NCBI GenBank assembly: GCA_963743305.1
Contig: CAVUPH010000040.1
Location: 1 to 53,016, forward strand
Length of the DNA stretch: 53,016 nucleotides
Origin: an uncultured delta proteobacterium
GTDB taxonomy: Bacteria; Desulfobacterota; RBG-13-43-22
Direction: 5' to 3'
Shown here: positions 48,173-53,016 of the stretch, piece by piece
Layout: each line of letters begins with the position of its first letter
Numbering within the stretch: position 1 is the first letter of the stretch
Notes under the pieces: generated by a model
What the model saw: the letters and a program-made list of their open reading frames with translations, nothing else
Databases searched by the model: none
Told to the model about the DNA's origin: nothing
Program-made: the position numbers and the translations under genes

Positions 48173-48585
48173 GGCGTCAATTGATCCCCTGCATGAAGAT
48201 CCTGAATTATTTCTGGAGGCACTAAATTTTACGGCGGCGACAACGGCCTTTGCTGCCAGGTTGATAGAGAAGGACTATTTCTGCAGCGTTCTGTTAAACC
48301 ATATCTTTAAAAAATTGGGGGCACTGCTGGTGTTTAAGGGCGGGACCTGCCTGGCAAAGGTGTATGCCGGGTTTTACCGGCTCAGCGAAGACCTGGATTT
48401 TATGATCCCCATCTAAGCTCGATGTACCCGGAAATGAACCGATTGATGTAACGGAAAAAAGATTGAAATCACTGCGGTTACAAAAAGAAAGTCATCTAAG
48501 GCCGGTCTTAAGAAATCCCGATTATCAGGCCTTTGACTTGGAACGGGTTTTCCCTTTGGTGAAAGAGATGGCCTTCCAGTTGGGA
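48159..48585 (+). pseudogene. AbiEii nucleotidyltransferase toxin with a large internal deletion
   Basis: N-terminal LIEKDY...FKGGTCL.K.Y...RLSEDLDF jumps near 48414 to a C-terminus-like KLDVPGNEPIDV...LRPVLR..D...FDLER. Confidence 0.75.
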
Positions 48586-49448
48586 AAACGAAGGACAGAG
48601 GCCTCACTCCAGAGAGTATTTGGTTTGCTTCAGAGGTGTCGACCAATGAGAGTGCCAAGAACGACCTAAAGGAATTGTTCGACGGAGAAGCCGTATTTGA
48701 CACTCCAAAGCCAACGGATCTGGTACAGAAAATGCTGAGAATTGGTGCCGGAGACGGCATCGTATTGGATTTTTTTGCGGGATCGGGAGTTACTGGCCAC
48801 GCAGTCTGCACTCAGAACGCCAAAAGTGGTAGCCGCCAGCGCTTCATTCTTGTGCAATTGCCAGAACCGCTGAGCACGGATAACAGCGATCAGGCGACAG
48901 CCGCGGATTACTGCGTAAGGCTCGGCAAACCGTGCACCATCGCCGAGCTGACCAAAGAACGCCTCCGCCGCGCCGGGAAGAAGATCAAAGACGAGAACCC
49001 CATGTTCGCGGGCGACCTCGGCTTCCGCGTCTTCAAGCTCGACTCCAGCAACATCCGCGCGTGGGATCCGGATCGTAACGATCTTGACCAGACGCTGTTT
49101 GAATCTATCGAGCACCTGATGCCCGGCCGGACCGATTTGGACATCCTCTACGAGCTACTGCTCAAGCTTGGCCTGGATCTGTGCGTGCCCATGGAGAAGC
49201 GGACGTTCGCGGACAAGCAGGTCTACTCCATCGGCGGCGGTGTGCTGCTGGCCTGCCTGGCAGAGAAGATCGCGCGCGACGAGGCCGAGCCTCTGGCGCA
49301 GGGCATCGTTGAATGGCACAAGGCTCTGGCCCCGGCCGGGGATACCACCTGCGTCTTTCGCGACAGCGCCTTCGCGGACGATGTCGCCAAGACCAACCTG
49401 GCGGCTATCCTCAACCAGCATGGGTTGACCAACGTAAGGTCATTATAG
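48586..49448 (+). pseudogene. mod: Type III R-M methyltransferase, 5'-truncated
   Basis: PESIW..., FDTPKP..L, VLDFFAGSG.TGHA, RFILVQLPE, DLGFRVFKLDSSN, VFRDS.F.DDVAKTN; no DPPY catalytic motif or N-terminus. Confidence 0.85.
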
Positions 49449-49885
49449 ATTTTTGATTTTGGATTGATGATTGGAAGACTGGTATGAATGAAGTGGAGTT
49501 GAAAGAGCGGACGAAGCGGTTTGGATTATGCGTGATGACGCTGGTTGATGCGCTTCCCAAAACGGTCTCGGGGCGAGCTATTGCTTCCCAACTCGTTCGC
49601 GCAGGGACTTCGGTTGGGGCGAATTACCGGTCGGCATGCCGGGGCCGCTCGAAGGCGGAGTTTGCCTCGAAGCTGGGTATTTGCGTGGAAGAGGCCGACG
49701 AGTGTGAGTATTGGTTGGAACTGATAGGGGATGGAAAGTTGATTCCAGAAGCCAAGGCGTTGGAACTTCGTCAGGAGGCCCATGAACTTGCTGCCATCTT
49801 CATCGCGTCTACCCGAACGGCGAGAGGACTATCCAAGTGACCTCTGCGCAAAAATCAGCAATCAGCAATTGAAAATCGGCAATCC
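49447..49885. repeat. Inverted GATT/AATC heptamer arrays bracketing the four-helix-bundle gene
   Basis: Left GATTTTT-GATTTTG-GATTGAT-GATTGGA-AGACT; right AATCAGC-AATCAGC-AATTGAA-AATCGGC-AATC. Confidence 0.7.
49484..49840 (+). CDS. Four helix bundle protein (23S rRNA intervening-sequence protein family)
   Basis: LKERTK.F......L...LP......I..QLVRAGTSVGANYR.ACR.RS.AEF..KL.I..EEADE..YWLEL. Confidence 0.9.
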   Translation: MNEVELKERTKRFGLCVMTLVDALPKTVSGRAIASQLVRAGTSVGANYRSACRGRSKAEFASKLGICVEEADECEYWLELIGDGKLIPEAKALELRQEAHELAAIFIASTRTARGLSK

Positions 49886-49898
49886 ATTGGAGCCTGTG

Positions 49899-50882
49899 AT
49901 GAACCAGATTCTCATCTACCGGAGCGAGGACGGCCGCACGAAGCTCGACGTACGCCTTGAAAACCAGACCGTCTGGCTCAACCAGAAGCAGCTCACAGAG
50001 CTGTTCGGTAAGGCCAAAGGAACGATCAGCGAGCACATCAAGCACGTTTTCGAAGACAAGGAACTGGAGGAGGATTCAGTTGTTCGGTTTTTCCGAACAA
50101 CTGCCGCTGACGGTAAACAGTACGAGGTGGCTTATTACAACCTCGACATGGTCCTGGCCCTGGGTTTCAGGGTGCGTAGCCCGGTGGCCGTGCGCTTCCG
50201 CCAGTGGGCCGCGGATAAGCTCAAGGAGTACATCATCAAGGGTTTCGTATTAGATGACGAACGCCTGAAAAACCCGAAGGCAGGAAACGACTACTTCGAG
50301 GAGCTCACCCGGCGCATTCAGGACATCCGTACCAGCGAGCGGCGTTTTTACCAGAAAATCACCGACATCTACGCCACGAGCATCGACTACGACAAGGACC
50401 ACCCGCTCACCCAGGAGTTCTTCGCCACGGTGCAAAACAAGGTGCACTACGCTATTCACGGCCGGACCGCCGCCGAGGTGATCTTGTCCCGTGCTGACAG
50501 CAACGCGCCGAACATGGGCCTGACCAATTGGGAGGGGGCGCGTATCCGCAAATCGGACGTTGCCATCGCGAAGAATTATTTGAATGAAAAAGAGCTGCGG
50601 GCGCTCAATAATCTCGTCGAGCAGTATCTTATATTCGCCGAGGCCCAGGCCGAGCGGCGGATAGCCATGACGATGGGCGATTGGATCACGAAGCTGGAGG
50701 GTTTTTTGACCTTGAATGATCGGGAGATATTGCAGAACGCCGGCCAGGTCTCGGGTGAGCTGGCCAGAACCCACGCGGAACGGGAGTTCGTTGAGTTTCG
50801 CAAGCTCGAGGACAGGAACCTCGAATCCGACTTCGACCGTGTTGTCAAGCAGTTGCAGTCGTCAACCAAGAACAAGCCATGA
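49899..50882 (+). CDS. Virulence protein RhuM family
   Basis: ILIY.SEDG...V..E.QTVWL.Q..L.ELF, YNLD...A.G.RV.S, FRQWA...LKEY.IKGF.LDDERLK, IRTSERRFY, QNK.HYA. Confidence 0.9.
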   Translation: MNQILIYRSEDGRTKLDVRLENQTVWLNQKQLTELFGKAKGTISEHIKHVFEDKELEEDSVVRFFRTTAADGKQYEVAYYNLDMVLALGFRVRSPVAVRFRQWAADKLKEYIIKGFVLDDERLKNPKAGNDYFEELTRRIQDIRTSERRFYQKITDIYATSIDYDKDHPLTQEFFATVQNKVHYAIHGRTAAEVILSRADSNAPNMGLTNWEGARIRKSDVAIAKNYLNEKELRALNNLVEQYLIFAEAQAERRIAMTMGDWITKLEGFLTLNDREILQNAGQVSGELARTHAEREFVEFRKLEDRNLESDFDRVVKQLQSSTKNKP

Positions 50883-53016
50883 AGCTGAACTTCGAGCCCA
50901 ACCTCGATTACCAACTTCAAGCCGTCGAAACGGTGTGCGATCTCTTTCGCGGGCAGGAGACCTGCCGCACGGAGTTCACGGTCACCCGCGACCCGGCGGA
51001 TCCACAGACGCGCATGGGCTTTGCCGAAAGCGACCTCGGCATAGGCAACCGGCTGACTTTGCTCGATGACGAGCTGCTCAGGAATCTGGGCGAGATCCAA
51101 CTCAAGAACGGCCTGCCGCCCTCCGGCTCCCTCGAATCCGGCGACTTCACCGTCGAGATGGAGACCGGCACCGGCAAGACCTATGTCTACCTGCGCACGG
51201 TCTTCGAGCTGAACAAGCGCTACGGATTCACCAAGTTCGTCATCGTCGTGCCGTCGGTGGCGATCAAGGAAGGCGTGTACAAGTCCCTCCAAATCACCGA
51301 GGAGCACTTCAAGGGGCTCTACGCGGGCGTGCCCTTCGACTACTTCCTTTACGACTCGTCCAAGCTGGGTCAGGTGCGCAACTTCGCCACCAGCCCGCAG
51401 ATCCAAGTCATGGTGGTGACGGTCGGCGCCATCAACAAGAAGGACGTCAACAACCTCTATAAGGACAGCGAGAAGACCGGGGGCGAGAAGCCGATCGATC
51501 TGATCAAGGCTACGCGGCCCATCGTCATCGTGGACGAGCCCCAAAGTGTGGATGGCGGCCTTTCCGGCGCGGGCAAGACGGCGCTCGAGGCCATGAATCC
51601 ACTCTGTACCCTGCGCTACTCCGCCACGCATGTGGACAAGCACCACATGGTCTACCGCCTCGACGCGGTGGACGCCTATGAGAAGCGGCTGGTTAAGCAA
51701 ATTGAAGTTGCCTCGGCCACCGTGGAAGATGCCCACAACAAACCTTTTGTTCGCCTGGTCAAGGTCGAGAACAAGCGCGGCACCATTTCACCGCGCGTTG
51801 AGCTGGACATGCAGGTCCCCGGCGGGGTGAAGCGGCAAGAGGTCACCGTACAGGATGGCGACAATCTGGAGCAGACTACCCGGCGCGCGATCTACGCCGA
51901 TTGCCGTATCGGCGAAATCCGTGTCGGGAAGGGCAACGAGTTCATGGAGTTACGGGTGCCGGGCTGCGAGCAGTTCCTCAAGTCCGGCCAGGCGTGGGGC
52001 GACGTGGACGCGCTGGCCGTGCAGCGGGAGATGATCCGCCGCACCATCCGCGAACATCTCGACAAGGAAAAGCGCCTGCGCCCGCAGGGCATCAAGGTGT
52101 TGTCGCTGTTTTTCATCGACGTGGTGGAGAAGTACCGCAAGTACGACTCGGACGGCAAGGCCGTGAAGGGCGATTACGCCCGCATCTTCGAGGAGGAGTA
52201 TCGGCGGGCGGCGAAGCTTCCGGAGTACAACACGCTCTTCAAGGAGGTGGACCTCACCCGCGCCGCCGAGGAGGTGCACAACGGCTACTTTTCCATCGAC
52301 AAGAAGGGCGGCTGGACCGACACCGCGGAGAACAACGAGGGCAACCGCGATAACGCCGAGCGGGCCTATAACCTGATCATGAAGGAGAAGGAGAAGCTGC
52401 TGTCCTTTCAAACGCAGCTCAAGTTCATCTTCTCCACTCTGCCCTGCGCGAAGGTTGGGACAACCCCAACGTCTTTCAGATTTGCACTCTGCGCGATATC
52501 CAGACTGAACGGGAGCGGCGGCAGACCATCGGACGAGGGTTACGCCTGTGCGTGAATCAGGACGGCCTGCGGTTGCGCGGGTTCGAGGTGAACACGCTTA
52601 CGGTGATCGCGTTGGAGAGCTATGAGCAGTTTGCTGGAAACTTGCAAGAAGGAGATCGAGGAAGACACCGGCATCCGCTTCGGGATCGTGGAAGATCACC
52701 AGTTTGCAGCCATCACGGTCACTGATTCAGAGGGGAAAACCGCGCCGCTGGGATTCGAGCAGTCGAAGGCACTATGGGAGCATCTAAAGGCGCTGGGGCA
52801 TATCGACTCCAAGGGCAAGGTGCAGGACGCACTCAAGCAGGCGCTCAAGGCCGGCACTCTCACCATGCCCGAAGTATTTTCGGCCCAGCCCGATCAGATC
52901 ACCCAGGTGTTGAAGAAACTCGCCGGCCGGCTGGAGATCAAGAACGCCGACGAGCGCCGGCAGGTGCGTACCCGACAGGCGGTGCTGCACAGCCTGGAGT
53001 TCAAGGCGCTGTGGGA
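50879..53016 (+). pseudogene. res: Type III restriction endonuclease Res subunit, frameshifted near 52434 and 52646, runs off the window
   Basis: F...L.YQ..AV, EMETGTGKTYVY, IVDEPQ, LRYSATH, FIFS/HSALREGWDNPNVFQIC, QTIGRGLRL. Confidence 0.88.

Noticed and set aside
49484-49840. Diversity-generating retroelement (Avd-like gene) or rRNA intervening sequence
   Set aside because: No reverse transcriptase, no TR/VR pair with adenine-specific mismatches, and no rRNA in the window
1-53016. CRISPR array, tRNA (including selC) or rRNA genes
   Set aside because: No regularly spaced repeats or cloverleaf/rRNA signatures recognised by eye; a covariance search was not possible

Overview
A 53 kb bacterial window, most likely from a sulfate-reducing Desulfobacterota-type organism (inferred from gene content). 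It has three zones. (1) ~1-25.7 kb is an accessory, decaying region. It holds an orphan cytoplasmic molybdopterin oxidoreductase, a cluster of toxin-antitoxin/defence-type genes (BrnT pair, a ~1270-aa nuclease-like protein, an AbiEi/nucleotidyltransferase pair, HicBA, a small-ORF/nucleotidyltransferase pair), an IS4-like MITE, eroded duplications, and broken genes (MscS, aldehyde oxidoreductase mop, a PsrA-like enzyme) with gene scraps fused at deletion junctions. (2) ~25.8-46.8 kb is an intact energy-metabolism block: two selenocysteine formate dehydrogenases (Tat-exported FdnG with beta subunit and FdhE, and a cytoplasmic FdhF-type enzyme), a ModE-like regulator, FmdE, mobB, ddl, then sat divergent from aprBA, followed by qmoAB-hdrCB with no qmoC. 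(3) ~46.8 kb to the end is a decayed defence island: AbiEi, internally deleted AbiEii, a type III R-M mod remnant, a four-helix-bundle gene inside inverted heptamer arrays, rhuM, and a frameshifted res. The best candidates for undescribed biology are the large nuclease-like protein beside the AbiE-like pair, the all-soluble Qmo-Hdr APS-reduction module next to an orphan Sec-FDH, a thrice-repeated portable promoter unit, a TATGTC-N6-GACATA regulon over Mo/W enzymes, and full and empty heptamer-flanked elements. No database searches were run; family calls rest on motif recognition.
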